Part shown: in pieces, positions 48,444 to 59,008 of the stretch
Numbering within the stretch: the stretch's first letter is position 1
How the letters are laid out: the number at the start of each line of letters is the position of its first letter
Assembly: GCA_963716985.1 (NCBI GenBank)
Contig: OY970323.1
Coordinates: 1,728,001-1,792,000, forward strand
DNA length: 64,000 nucleotides
Origin: an uncultured bacterium
GTDB taxonomy: Bacteria; Chlamydiota; Chlamydiia; Chlamydiales; SM23-39
Direction: 5' to 3'
Made by a program: the position numbers and the translations under genes
The notes under the pieces: generated by a model
Database searches by the model: none
What the model saw: only the letters and a program-made list of their open reading frames with translations
Told to the model about the DNA's origin: nothing

Positions 48444-50219
48444 TCAGGTATTCGAGAAAACTGCCAAGTGATCTTTGACCGATAGGTGCATGCGTTGCCA
48501 TTTTTCTTTGCGCCTCTGAAATGAACAGTTGCTCAAAGGATCCTTGTGAGAATCCGGATATTTTCTCTCTAAAACGCGCTCGATCGCAGCGGGAAGATCG
48601 GAGAGAAAATAGAGAAAGGCATCCTCCTCTTTCAGGTCCATATCCGCAAGAATCATCGCGCTTGTCTCAAAAGAATCCCTCCCGTCGATTCCCTCTTTTT
48701 CGATCCCTTCCAACTCGGACAAAATTTTTGCAATCAGCTGTTCGCATCGTACAAAGCTTTTCTTTAACCGTTTTTTAAAACGATCCATTTTTTTGTCTGT
48801 TTCTCGTGCAAAACGCGTCCTTTCCATCTCAGCGTGAAGAAATGCTGTTATATCCATGCTTTGCAACAGCTCTTTTTGCAAAAGATCCGGCAAGGAAGCA
48901 TAGGGAATTCCGGCAATGGAGAGGCCTTTTGCCGATGTATTGAAAAAACGCGTCTTGGGAAACTCTTTGGCATAAGAAGAGATCGCATCGGTCTCCATGA
49001 GCCATTTGGTAGAGGTGTGGATTTGTTTTCCATCGAGGCTTCTTCTTTCAAAGATGCGATCGCTTACGATCTTTTTTCCCTCGACCTCTTCAATCCATGC
49101 GCGATTGTCCGCAACGATTCCTTCTGCATAGCGCTTCTGATCTCTATAGGAGAGGTCCACGCCGCACAAAAGGATCGGATCGCATCCCAAAAAACGGGCA
49201 AGGGCAATTGCAATGGTGGTCACGGAAAGAGCTTCTTGAGAGAGCTTTTCTCCGATAAGGTTTTCTTTCTGAATGCGCAGATTTTCATCCATCCAAAGCT
49301 CCTCAAGGCCACCGATTGCAGAGCGCATATATCCCAACGGGCCATTGAAAGTGGAAAAGGATCGAGAAAATAAACGCGTGGCAAAGAAAAAGGGTATTTC
49401 CCAAGCAAAGGAGGATTTCATGCGAAGATACTCTTCAAAATTGGGATCAAAAGCCATTGCGATATGGGGAAAAACGCCGTGCGAAGAGAGCGCCGCGATG
49501 GCCGATCCCCCGGCCATGACCAGTGCTCTATTTTTAACATCCGGAAGAAGTTCTAAAACATCCTGCAAAGAGGGGCCGGCGCCGCAGATGATGGCAGGAA
49601 TCCCCTTCCAGCGCCCCTGCATCCTGTTCACTAGGGACGAAGAGGCAATTTTCCGAGCGTTGGGGAAAAAGTTTGAGAAATGGCGATGGGAAAACAGAGC
49701 ATCGTAAAGAAAGGCCTCAGACAGCGTCGTTTTCCGAAAAAGCTGCAGTTTGATTTTGGCAGCCCTCTCTTCATCATAGGGAGGGACAAACATCAGCTCG
49801 AGATGATTCATGGGGAATTTTTTTGCCACCTCTTCCAAAACATCTTCCCGCACTTCCTTTGGCGTTAAAAATATGTGGACGCGCGGATGGGACAAGCACT
49901 CGTTTGCAATATTCGTTGTAAGAAATCGGCCCAAGCGGACGGGATTTTCTTCGAGGAAAACAAGCTGTCTGTCTGTCTTTTCTTCCAGCCACTTTTTAAA
50001 TAGAAGATAGGGTTGTCCAAGCGCCGTTCCATAAACATAGAGAAGATCGATTTTCTCTAAAGAAAGCAAAGAGGCTCTTTTTTTCATCCCTTCAAGATCG
50101 AAATCCTTCCGACCAGAAAAAGAGCGTCCTTTTTCAAGCTCGGAAAGATAAAAAAAACCTTCAGGAGTGCGGTTTAAAAAAATCTGTCGGTTTTTGTTAA
50201 AAATTTCCGATCTTCTCAT
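48444..50219 (-). CDS. Maf-family (DUF115) glycosyltransferase-like protein, paralog 1
   Basis: PAIICGAGPSL, FDP, FLGCDPILLCGVDLSY. Confidence 0.8.
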   Translation of the reverse strand: MRRSEIFNKNRQIFLNRTPEGFFYLSELEKGRSFSGRKDFDLEGMKKRASLLSLEKIDLLYVYGTALGQPYLLFKKWLEEKTDRQLVFLEENPVRLGRFLTTNIANECLSHPRVHIFLTPKEVREDVLEEVAKKFPMNHLELMFVPPYDEERAAKIKLQLFRKTTLSEAFLYDALFSHRHFSNFFPNARKIASSSLVNRMQGRWKGIPAIICGAGPSLQDVLELLPDVKNRALVMAGGSAIAALSSHGVFPHIAMAFDPNFEEYLRMKSSFAWEIPFFFATRLFSRSFSTFNGPLGYMRSAIGGLEELWMDENLRIQKENLIGEKLSQEALSVTTIAIALARFLGCDPILLCGVDLSYRDQKRYAEGIVADNRAWIEEVEGKKIVSDRIFERRSLDGKQIHTSTKWLMETDAISSYAKEFPKTRFFNTSAKGLSIAGIPYASLPDLLQKELLQSMDITAFLHAEMERTRFARETDKKMDRFKKRLKKSFVRCEQLIAKILSELEGIEKEGIDGRDSFETSAMILADMDLKEEDAFLYFLSDLPAAIERVLERKYPDSHKDPLSNCSFQRRKEKWQRMHLSVKDHLAVFSNT

Positions 50220-51058
50220 GAAAAGGCTCTCTTTTTCTCGCTCCAGTGCAGAACCTTTTCAATCCAATTTCCCTTTTCTTTCTTTTTTTCCACTACTTTT
50301 TCCCGATCGATAAAACGCCTTTCATAGAAGAGATTGCCCTCCTCATCATAGAGCCTCTTATCAAAACGCTCACCGGTATGATAGAAAAGCTCCTCTTGCA
50401 ACATTCCCATTTCATTCCATCTCCGATGCCATCCAATGGGAAGATTGTTCCTATAGGCGCCCTCATCGAGCAAAACTCCCTCTTCGCTCCAAATACGGTC
50501 CCGCCCTTCTCGTTTTCCCTTTAAAAAAAAGGTCTCTCTTTTCACGGTCCCGTTCGGCCAAAAAAGAAGACATTTCCCATGCAGCTTTCCCTCCTTAAAG
50601 GGAATCAACGACCGCTTCGTTTGATCCTCGTAATAATATGTCTGCTCTCCTTCCAACCGGTCCGACCGATAGATTTCCTCTGCATAAAGGCTCAAAGACG
50701 CGTAATATTTACAGCTTTTCCCCTCTCTTTTGCCGTGGCAAAACAAACCTTCGGCAAGAATCTTTCCCTCTTCAGAATAAAAGGTCGAGGGGCCATGCAA
50801 AACACCCTCTTCATAAAACATGCGCCCCTGGACATTTCCCGAGGTGTAAAAAATAAGACACTCTCCATGCATCTTTCCCTTTTTTTCCAAAAAAACTCGT
50901 CTCTTCTTTCCCTTTTCATCTCTTTCCATGCGAATGACCAACTCTCCTACCTGGAGGTTATCTCTGATCTCCTTCGGAAGATAGAGCAAAGAATCTTTCT
51001 CGTGTTTGCGCACCTGTTTTCCATCCATCTTTCGCTGTCTACTCTTACTTTTTTTCAT
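50216..51058 (-). CDS. MORN-variant repeat (YwqK-like) protein
   Basis: Repeated G.LHG....Y...G units. Confidence 0.8.
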   Translation of the reverse strand: MKKSKSRQRKMDGKQVRKHEKDSLLYLPKEIRDNLQVGELVIRMERDEKGKKRRVFLEKKGKMHGECLIFYTSGNVQGRMFYEEGVLHGPSTFYSEEGKILAEGLFCHGKREGKSCKYYASLSLYAEEIYRSDRLEGEQTYYYEDQTKRSLIPFKEGKLHGKCLLFWPNGTVKRETFFLKGKREGRDRIWSEEGVLLDEGAYRNNLPIGWHRRWNEMGMLQEELFYHTGERFDKRLYDEEGNLFYERRFIDREKVVEKKKEKGNWIEKVLHWSEKKRAFS

Positions 51059-52617
51059 AAGGTCCTCCCGAGCCTTTCGACCATCTTTTGGTAATCGGCT
51101 ACCACTCTTTTTAAAAAAAGGATCCGATGCAACGTAAGTTCTTGCACGGAGGCATTTTTTTCAAAAAGGGGAAGCCAGATCCTCCAAAGGGGCGCTACAA
51201 GCAGCTCGTAGCTTTTTTCTTTGAGAAGAGTCTCTTCGATTTCTTCAAAAGAAATGGTATTCCTCTCTTTGCCGCGAGCGATCTCTTTGTCTAAAACATC
51301 GGCTACGTTAGACAGGCTTTTCTGAAATCTCTTTACAAGCAAAACCACCCTCTTTTTGGAAAGGAGGGTAGAGGGTATATTTGTTAGTAGGGCATGTATT
51401 TTTCCCGATAGATCGCTAGAATCTGTCCATTGTTTCGAAAGACTCAAGAGAGATCGGTTTTCCACTCCCTGGAAGGAAAGCCCCCGGCTTGCATCGATCA
51501 GCAAAGACTCTCTTTTCCTGGCAAACTCCTCGATCCAGTTGCGTGCAAGCAGCCAGTCCTTTTGCGTCCACACCTTTTTTCCCCTCCGATCCTTAGTAGA
51601 AAGAAACTCTCTTTTTACACCTCTCTCAACGAGAACACCTCCTGCATAGGGCTTTTTCTCGAAAGAAAAATCCATTCCTACCATGATGATCGGATCGCAC
51701 CCCAGAAAGTCTGCCAAAGAGAGCAAAAAGGTCGCCACCGTCCAGCCTCCGTCGAAAAAGCCGGAGGCAATTGTTAAATTTTCATCGATCCACTTTTCAA
51801 AAGGCAGCTGGGAATATCCTCCCACTCGTATCAGCGGCGCATGCACGAGAGAAAGGTTTAGTGAAGAGATTTGATTTTGAAAGAAAAAAGGAGTTTCAAA
51901 GGAGGCCTGCATCAAAAACCTCTCATGGGGCGACTCCTTATCCACGCTAGCAGCAAAATGAAAGGGAACTGCATTGGCAGAAAGAACATTCAGCGCGCTC
52001 CCCCCCCCAAAAATAAGCGCATGATTTTTCAATTTTTTGAGAAGGGGCAAATTCTCCTTTAACGAAGGACTTGCCCCGCAAACAATGGCGGGAATCTTAG
52101 AAAAAGCTCCTCGCAAATGGGAAAAATCCTTGACCTCTTTTAAGTGCAAAAGATTGTGAAAAACATTGGAAAAAAAGCGCACTCCAAAATCACTAAATTC
52201 AGCTAAGGTGAGCTCCACGCCCATGGAAATCACTTCCAAAAGAGAGGAGATCTCTTCAAACCTTTTTTTCTTTTTCTCCGGCAGAAAAGAGATGAGCTCT
52301 TTTTGAGAAAAAAGAGAGTTCCAGCAAATTTTTTTCAGCAGCGGCTCTAGTTGCAGGGTTGATTCTAAAAAATGGATCTCCACTTGAGGATCTTCGAACA
52401 AAAGAGAGCCATTTGCAATTTTCAAAAAATCCTGTCTGACTTGCGGATCCTCTTCAATGAAAACACAAAGCCGCTCCCTTTTTTCTGCAACCCATTTTTT
52501 AGCCGCAAAGTAGGCCTCTTCGGAAAAACCATAGACGCACAGAAGGCCTCCCTCTTTCATTTCCTTTTTTTGAAAAAAAGAAGCGATCGGATTTTTTTGC
52601 TTATTGGGTTTTCGCAT
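51055..52617 (-). CDS. Maf-family (DUF115) glycosyltransferase-like protein, paralog 2
   Basis: PAIVCGASPSL, FLGCDPIIMVGMDFSF. Confidence 0.8.
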   Translation of the reverse strand: MRKPNKQKNPIASFFQKKEMKEGGLLCVYGFSEEAYFAAKKWVAEKRERLCVFIEEDPQVRQDFLKIANGSLLFEDPQVEIHFLESTLQLEPLLKKICWNSLFSQKELISFLPEKKKKRFEEISSLLEVISMGVELTLAEFSDFGVRFFSNVFHNLLHLKEVKDFSHLRGAFSKIPAIVCGASPSLKENLPLLKKLKNHALIFGGGSALNVLSANAVPFHFAASVDKESPHERFLMQASFETPFFFQNQISSLNLSLVHAPLIRVGGYSQLPFEKWIDENLTIASGFFDGGWTVATFLLSLADFLGCDPIIMVGMDFSFEKKPYAGGVLVERGVKREFLSTKDRRGKKVWTQKDWLLARNWIEEFARKRESLLIDASRGLSFQGVENRSLLSLSKQWTDSSDLSGKIHALLTNIPSTLLSKKRVVLLVKRFQKSLSNVADVLDKEIARGKERNTISFEEIEETLLKEKSYELLVAPLWRIWLPLFEKNASVQELTLHRILFLKRVVADYQKMVERLGRTL

Positions 52618-53065
52618 GAATGACGCCCTTGATCATCTGAGGATAAGAAAGCAAACGGGGAATAAACTGATAGTCCTTCTTTTTTTCGTCATACCAAAAG
52701 GTCTTGATTTCCTCTCGATTTGCAACCGCTAGAAAATACGCCCCAACATAATAATTATATCCCATGATCTGTTCAATAGCTTCTTGGAGAGAGGCCTCTG
52801 CTTTGCACTCGACCATCAACAAGGGGTACAAAGGATATTGTGGATGAATCCCTCGGCCAAAACAGAGAAGATCGACCCTTCTTTTGGCCAGAGGCAAAGC
52901 TCTTTTCGTTAAATGGGGCAGCTGTTCCAGCTCTTTTTCGACCACCATCAAGCTCTTGGGGAACCGAAGAGCAGAGACCATCTTGCAGATCAACTCCTGC
53001 CGCACCTGTTCCTCAGGAGTTTTTTCCACCCAACTCTTACGAATAGGATCGTAAAGCCTTTCCAA
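52601..53065 (-). CDS. HsdR N-terminal-like (PD-(D/E)xK) domain protein
   Basis: DPIRK.WV..TPEEQVRQ, R.D, VECKA, Q...YN. Confidence 0.8.
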   Translation of the reverse strand: MERLYDPIRKSWVEKTPEEQVRQELICKMVSALRFPKSLMVVEKELEQLPHLTKRALPLAKRRVDLLCFGRGIHPQYPLYPLLMVECKAEASLQEAIEQIMGYNYYVGAYFLAVANREEIKTFWYDEKKKDYQFIPRLLSYPQMIKGVIHAKTQ

Positions 53066-53073
53066 AATTCTCT

Positions 53074-53697
53074 CTATTCCAGCTGAATCACGCCGAAATT
53101 TTCATCTTCTCGACGATAGATCACTTTGAGTTTTTGATCTTCTTCCCCTCGATAGACAAAAAAATGATCCCCGGAGAGTTCGATCTTCATCACAGCTTCA
53201 TCTTGCGTCAAGGTTTTCAAAGGCATCGTTTCTGCATTCACTACCCTGTGAAATCGATACTGCGCGACCTCTTCTTGGAGCGTCTCTTTTTCGATCTCAT
53301 CATTCACTTCTGCGGCATCCATAGGCTCCGGACTCAGGACGTGGACGCGCATGTCGATTTCAGGCAGATGCTTGCCTTTGTGTTCTTGTAATCTCCCCTT
53401 ATATTTTTGGATCAATTTTTTGAGCTTATCAACGGCCTTGTCGATAGCAGAATACATATCTTCCGTTGCGGCCAGCACCTTAATCTTGAAATGCAAAAAC
53501 TTGATCAAAATAGAAACGGTATGGGTAAGTTTTTGTATATCCAAAGTCACTAAGACCTCCAGAATATGGGGAGCAAAACGTTCGACTTTTGAAAGCCTTT
53601 CCATGATATAAGATCGAATCGTTTCCGTTACAGGAACATTCTTTCCGGTGATATTAATCGTATATCCTTCGTCTTGAAATTTTGTTTTTGGGGTCAT
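53074..53697 (-). CDS. hpf: Ribosome hibernation promoting factor, long form
   Basis: ITGKN...T, DMYSAIDKAVDKL..., C-terminal EAVM...F.VY...VIYRR.D.NFG. Confidence 0.9.
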   Translation of the reverse strand: MTPKTKFQDEGYTINITGKNVPVTETIRSYIMERLSKVERFAPHILEVLVTLDIQKLTHTVSILIKFLHFKIKVLAATEDMYSAIDKAVDKLKKLIQKYKGRLQEHKGKHLPEIDMRVHVLSPEPMDAAEVNDEIEKETLQEEVAQYRFHRVVNAETMPLKTLTQDEAVMKIELSGDHFFVYRGEEDQKLKVIYRREDENFGVIQLE

Positions 53698-54028
53698 AAG
53701 CCTCTCCTTTCGAAGAAATTAAATGTGCTAGGAAACAAAGGATAAGTTATCTGGTTTTCGTCTCTATGACAAGAAAAAAATCGGACTACAGGGCAAAATA
53801 GAACTGCCATAGCCAGAAACAAGCGTAGGGTTCCCTTCAATCTTTGCATTTAGAGGCCCCCAGAATCAGCGATCGTATTCTAGATAGGGAGCATGTTGAG
53901 CCTGTTCTAAAGAAGATTTGAGGCATCCTGATCGATACCAGGGTTTTGGGTCTTTAGAATCAATATTTCTAAGAAGTCATTTGATTTTTTATCCCAGATA
54001 ATCTAAAATTAAGGAAATTGGATACTGT

Positions 54029-54265
54029 ATGGTTTTTAAGCCATTAGACGAAAATACGTATCTCAAATATCTAAAGTTGATAGGTTGGACGTTGGCTAAA
54101 GGAAGCATTGACCACAACCTATATGACGAAAATGGCGTGTTTGTGTGCTCAATCAAGATTGCCCATGGAAAAGGAAAGAAAAGAGAAGTGATAGCTTTCA
54201 GTGTTCATAAGACTGAGCAAAAACTTAAAGAAAGAGGGATGCAATGGCCTCCAAAAAAGAAATAG
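54029..54265 (+). CDS. HicA-like toxin (putative)
   Basis: 78 aa, GW...KGS.DH; overlaps the downstream gene. Confidence 0.5.
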   Translation: MVFKPLDENTYLKYLKLIGWTLAKGSIDHNLYDENGVFVCSIKIAHGKGKKREVIAFSVHKTEQKLKERGMQWPPKKK

Positions 54266-54654
54266 AAAAAAATCTAAAGATAGCCCTGAAAGAGATCGGT
54301 GAGATCAAACCTCATTTTGATAAGAGGTTTAATGCTTGGATCTTTAGCCATCCGCTTTATCCAGATGTTGAGTATGCGGGGGATTCTTCAGAAGAAGTTA
54401 TCAAAAACTACCCTCTTTATTTGCGTGAATTCATAAAGCAACGACTTGATCAGAATATTTCAGAGAAAGCTGAAAAGAAAACCAAAGGAAGAGGCGGAAG
54501 AAGATCCGGATCAGGAAGGCCTAAAGGCTCCAAGAAAATTCCGAAGAAACGAGTCTATGTTCCTAAGGTAGTTGCTGCTGAAGTCGTTAAATTTTTTGAG
54601 GATCAAGATTCGATTTCTGCTTTTAGACAATTAGTAGCTAAAAGTCATCATTAA
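54244..54654 (+). CDS. HicB-like antitoxin with AT-hook-like tail (putative)
   Basis: YPDV..AGDS.EEV..N motif; RGGRRSGSGRPKG. Confidence 0.55.
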   Translation: MASKKEIEKNLKIALKEIGEIKPHFDKRFNAWIFSHPLYPDVEYAGDSSEEVIKNYPLYLREFIKQRLDQNISEKAEKKTKGRGGRRSGSGRPKGSKKIPKKRVYVPKVVAAEVVKFFEDQDSISAFRQLVAKSHH

Positions 54655-54883
54655 GGCTTCATTCTTTTTTCTTTCTAGATTCTTCTCGGAGCTTTTCGAT
54701 CTGATCGAAGAGAGCTTTTGATTGTGGTCTCTTGCTCTGGAGCTCTATAGAAGGCTTGCTTCGCATCATCTCTGTCCCATCCAAGATCTCTGAACATATT
54801 TCTCATCAGATCCGAACAGCTCTTTCTCGTTTTCCCAAAATCCATAGAGAGGTCGAAAAAAAGCCATATTGCCAAATATCAGA

Positions 54884-55393
54884 TCACGCAAGACGCACGG
54901 ATGTAGAGACGGACGCGAAATCTTTCAGCACCTGCCTCAGATAGTCGAGCAAATCTTCTTCTTTCAGGCAGATCTTATCCAAAGCTTGAGAAATCATTGG
55001 ATTTAACATGGAGCTAGCAAAAGCCGTTCTGTGATCCGTTTTCAATCCCACTAACACCTTTTTTTGCTGCGTTAAAAATCGCTGCCCATAGGCGATGCCT
55101 AGCTCAACACATGCGCCTTCATCAGGCACTCTCCCATCAAGAACAAACAAAAAGATTTCTGCTGCCAAGATTTGGTCTAGATCCATAGTAAACATCGCAC
55201 GCCTGCGATCATCTTTTGACATTTCTTTGTAGGGCATCTTAGAGCTTTCAATGCCATCTCTTTGCGGCAAAAATACGCTACAACCTAGCTCTTCCAATTG
55301 TATGCAAAGTCGTTCATTGAACTGGCGTTCAGCCTGATTAAAAAGAGGACCTGCAAAATATAAACGCAACTGACTTTTTGAAATCACATTCAT
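54884..55393 (-). CDS. Nucleoside 2-deoxyribosyltransferase family protein
   Basis: YFAGPLF, FLPQ, D...I, DEGACVELG.AY, NPM. Confidence 0.88.
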   Translation of the reverse strand: MNVISKSQLRLYFAGPLFNQAERQFNERLCIQLEELGCSVFLPQRDGIESSKMPYKEMSKDDRRRAMFTMDLDQILAAEIFLFVLDGRVPDEGACVELGIAYGQRFLTQQKKVLVGLKTDHRTAFASSMLNPMISQALDKICLKEEDLLDYLRQVLKDFASVSTSVRLA

Positions 55394-55426
55394 ACGCTTC
55401 TATCCCGCTTTACCGATGAATACCGC

Positions 55427-56329
55427 TTATTCAGGGAAGCACTCATTGAGAATTTTTGCAAGACGGTATCCTGCCAAGGCTAATCGCCGACAGGCCACTT
55501 TTCGAGATTTTTGAATATACTCTTCTGAAGGCACCGTATTGATTTCTATACCAAGATATGCTTCTTTTCCAGCGAGGTGGCTTTCTTCAACCCACTTTTC
55601 GGGGGAGATGTTCTCTTTTTCGCTAAGGCTATTTGCCGGATATTCAGCTGTTATTCTATCAGCTAAATCTTCTATAAAATGCAGGGCATTGGCATCTAAG
55701 GGTCGGACATTTTGTGAAGTTGCACCTAGTAAAACGATGGAGTCCCATAAGCCATGCAAATGTTGAGCAGGTCCTTTAAGTTGAAATTTTACGCCACCTT
55801 TGTCGCCTTGAGGAAACTGTTTAGAGTAGACCTGCACACAATGCATGGGGCAGTGGATATCTCCTACAACATGAAGAAGAACCCGTAGCATAAAGGCTTT
55901 TTCCCATTTCCCAGCTTTAGGGTTGGTCAATGTTTCTATGCTTTTTTTAATGGCCGCCACACCATCGTTGCCGTTATATTTTAAAAACATCTTAGTAATC
56001 TCTCGATCAGAGCAAAAACCATCAGGGCAATACGGTCCAGCATGGCCATGCCAGGTACTCACCATAAGAACGCCTCTATTCCGTATGTCATCCAACCAGC
56101 AAGCCGCCTCAACAAAAGTAGCGCTATCAGGACAAGAATTTCCAATCACGTTGATCAGCTGAGTCACTTCCTGTTTGGCGTGAGGATTCAGCCTGTCCTC
56201 AGCTATCTTAGCTACAACCATGTGGCCAGAATCCCACCAGGAAAACACGGGTGATTGAAAGAATAATAAAAAAGCAAAAAGAAGGAGGGTTCTTATTTTA
56301 TTGAAGATCATATAATTCTGAAGAATCAT
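55427..56329 (-). CDS. S1/P1 nuclease, exported
   Basis: Signal peptide then W...GH, W.D, WH, H.VGDIHCPMH, LHGLWD, AGYRLA. Confidence 0.92.
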   Translation of the reverse strand: MILQNYMIFNKIRTLLLFAFLLFFQSPVFSWWDSGHMVVAKIAEDRLNPHAKQEVTQLINVIGNSCPDSATFVEAACWLDDIRNRGVLMVSTWHGHAGPYCPDGFCSDREITKMFLKYNGNDGVAAIKKSIETLTNPKAGKWEKAFMLRVLLHVVGDIHCPMHCVQVYSKQFPQGDKGGVKFQLKGPAQHLHGLWDSIVLLGATSQNVRPLDANALHFIEDLADRITAEYPANSLSEKENISPEKWVEESHLAGKEAYLGIEINTVPSEEYIQKSRKVACRRLALAGYRLAKILNECFPE

Positions 56330-56447
56330 CTTATTTTTAGGAACGTTATTTTATCATCTGAGGGAATTGCTGGCTATCTAGCTTTTTTGTGGCGGCTCAG
56401 GAATTAGTATAAACGATTCCATTTTTATTCCAAAAATTCCTTACCTG

Positions 56448-57164
56448 TTAGAAAGCAAGAATTGTTCCGGTGCCTATTTTGAAAAAATTCGAGCGATAAG
56501 CTTCTTGCAACTGGCGGACAAGAAGGTCTCCCGAGCAATGACAAGGAGCTACTTTTTGCACGCGAAGCGCTTGCAATTCCTTTACCACAAGTGCGCTATG
56601 TTCTGCCGAAGAAGAAAACAGATGAAATCCTCCCAATACGAAGGAGATATCCGTCTGCAGGTGCCGCTTTGCTGCTTTCAAAATTTCTACAATTCCCGGA
56701 TGGGCGCAACCGGTGATGACGCCAACTCCTTTTGAAGTTTTTAAGATGAGCGCTTGCTCATAGAGGAAAAACCCTCCTCGCAATACCAAAGAATAGATAT
56801 TGGGAGCAATGGTTTCAAAAGATCGTACGACAATCGTTTTTTTTAAGCGAGAAGAGGCATTTTTCAGCAGCAATCGCGGGAATGTCTTTGGTACATAGAG
56901 CGCGGTTTCCTTCCTGACTTTTCCTACAATCTCCTGAAAACCCGCAATGTGATCCGCATGTCGATGAGAAAAAAGGAGGTGGGTAACTTCATGGAAGGGA
57001 ATCCGGAGGATTTGGGCATTTGAAGAAAAAACCGAGGCATCTTCTCCTGCATCAAAAAGAATTTTGGCCCCTTCATGCTCGACAAGGGCAGAAAATCCCC
57101 ATCCTTCCTGCAGACGAGAATCATCACAACGATTGTCGTAGAGAATGGTGATTTTGACTGCCAT
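56448..57164 (-). CDS. MBL-fold metallo-hydrolase
   Basis: SHRHADHIAG, ITGCAHPG, GGFHL, PCHCSG. Confidence 0.9.
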   Translation of the reverse strand: MAVKITILYDNRCDDSRLQEGWGFSALVEHEGAKILFDAGEDASVFSSNAQILRIPFHEVTHLLFSHRHADHIAGFQEIVGKVRKETALYVPKTFPRLLLKNASSRLKKTIVVRSFETIAPNIYSLVLRGGFFLYEQALILKTSKGVGVITGCAHPGIVEILKAAKRHLQTDISFVLGGFHLFSSSAEHSALVVKELQALRVQKVAPCHCSGDLLVRQLQEAYRSNFFKIGTGTILAF

Positions 57165-57322
57165 AATAGTTCCTCAAAATCGGACTTGGATAATAGATTC
57201 TATCCGGAATCGAGATCAAGTTTTTTTCGCAAATTTCACCCGCTTGTCATAGGAAAAATCGGTTATTTAAAAAATTTCAAAGCTTTCGAGGCGCTGTTTT
57301 TTTACAAACCACCTTCTCACTC

Positions 57323-58810
57323 TTAAGCGCTACGGTCGCATGGGCGGGAAAGAAGCTCTTTTTCTCTTATACCAGCAGCTCCTTTCTGCAGATCCAGCGC
57401 TGTTGTAAAAAGAGCGCTTAGGACAAAGAAAGGAATCATGCCCCCTTGCAAAAAAAGAGGATAGAAGTCAAAAAGAGCAATGGCCAAAAAGCCCGCAAAA
57501 GAGGCAAGAAGCAAAGAGGCCTCGAGAGAAAGAGATTCTTTTTTGATCCTCAAAAACTGGGAAAAGAGAAAGCCGAAAAAGCAAAACAGGGCGACAAGAC
57601 CCATCTCCGCTGCGATCAGCAAGTAGCAATTATGGGCCATATGCGCCAATTTCCCTCCTGAAATCGCATTGGACGCCTTCATAAAATTCTCTAGTCCAAC
57701 ACCGAAAAAGGGATGGTTTTTGATCAATACTAAAGCAGCGTCTTGAGCGGCCCATCGAGTCGCATCGCTACTTTTTGCAAGTTCATTGTATTGAAATACT
57801 CCTCCTCGATGAAAAAACTGTTCCCCAAAAAAAACAAAAGAAACCAAAAGCGAGAGCAGAATCACGCCGATCAGTCCAACCCACGCTCTTTGAAGAGGGA
57901 CGCTTTTTTCTTTTTCTTGCCGGAAAAAAAGAAGAAGAAAAAAAAGTGCGCTTGCACCGATCCAAGAAAAAAGCGCCGCTCGAGAAAAAGTCACGCTCAA
58001 TGCAAGCACTTGTAGAAAAATGCCGCAGGCAACACTTCTTTGCACCCATCTCCTTTTTGCATGAAAAAAAAGCAGATAAGAGGCCAAAAGAGCGAAGACA
58101 AAATATCCTCCTAAGATATTGGGATGGTTGAACGTGCCGTAAGAGCGCAAGATCACCTCAGGTGCTCTTTTCCATCCGAGCACCCGATCGCCCAGCCACC
58201 GAAATCCGGAAGGGACATGCATACTGCATGGATTCGTCATTTCAGAAACGGGGATCCATCGAAAATGAAGCAGGTCCAGAGAACTTTGAATATAATAGCA
58301 ATAAAGAGCCACGATCGACTCGATCACGGCAATACTTGCAACAAGGTAGAAAATCCGGTGTAAAAATTTTTCCCCACCCTCGCGCAGGAGAAAAACCAGA
58401 GAAGAGAAAAGCAGTATTTTCGTAAAAAAGATAAGCAGTCGGAAGCTCTCTCTATGGTCGAATGGAAATTCACTTAAAATTAAAGAAACAACGCCCATCG
58501 CATAAAACAAGAGAAGCCATCGAGACGGACAGGTCCAAAAAGAGGAGATCCATTCTTTTTTCGAGCGGAAAAAAAAGAGAAAAAAAATGAAAAGGATGAT
58601 CAGGTCGGATAAATAAAAGCTCAATTTCAAATGAACAAAGGGCTCAAGCGCGTGGATGTGCCACTTGAAATGAGAGGGTTCTAAAGGAAAAACAAGCAAG
58701 AGGAGAAAGAAAAGCCCTCTTTGCATTTTTGCAATCGTCGAATCGATCATCCTATTGACGGCGCGGAGGAAGGAAGCACCGCTCCTTTTGTTGGTTTTAA
58801 GTTGTGCCAT
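57323..58810 (-). CDS. O-antigen ligase (Wzy_C) family membrane protein
   Basis: RSYGTFNHPN, TFSRAA, HPFFGVG, AHN.YL...AEMG. Confidence 0.88.
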   Translation of the reverse strand: MAQLKTNKRSGASFLRAVNRMIDSTIAKMQRGLFFLLLLVFPLEPSHFKWHIHALEPFVHLKLSFYLSDLIILFIFFLFFFRSKKEWISSFWTCPSRWLLLFYAMGVVSLILSEFPFDHRESFRLLIFFTKILLFSSLVFLLREGGEKFLHRIFYLVASIAVIESIVALYCYYIQSSLDLLHFRWIPVSEMTNPCSMHVPSGFRWLGDRVLGWKRAPEVILRSYGTFNHPNILGGYFVFALLASYLLFFHAKRRWVQRSVACGIFLQVLALSVTFSRAALFSWIGASALFFLLLFFRQEKEKSVPLQRAWVGLIGVILLSLLVSFVFFGEQFFHRGGVFQYNELAKSSDATRWAAQDAALVLIKNHPFFGVGLENFMKASNAISGGKLAHMAHNCYLLIAAEMGLVALFCFFGFLFSQFLRIKKESLSLEASLLLASFAGFLAIALFDFYPLFLQGGMIPFFVLSALFTTALDLQKGAAGIREKELLSRPCDRSA

Positions 58811-59008
58811 CTGCTAGCTGCACATTTTGGCAGCATCGATAATTAATGCCATCCATTTTTTCAAAGAGGGTTGGCCGACGATTTGGCTCTTCCTTAAGAT
58901 CCCTTTTTCAAAAATACAATGCGGAAAGTCTCTTATTCATTTTTTTTATGTTCATATGATGACAAAAAATTTAAAAAAAAATATACGTAGGTAAAGAAAC
59001 ACACAAAG

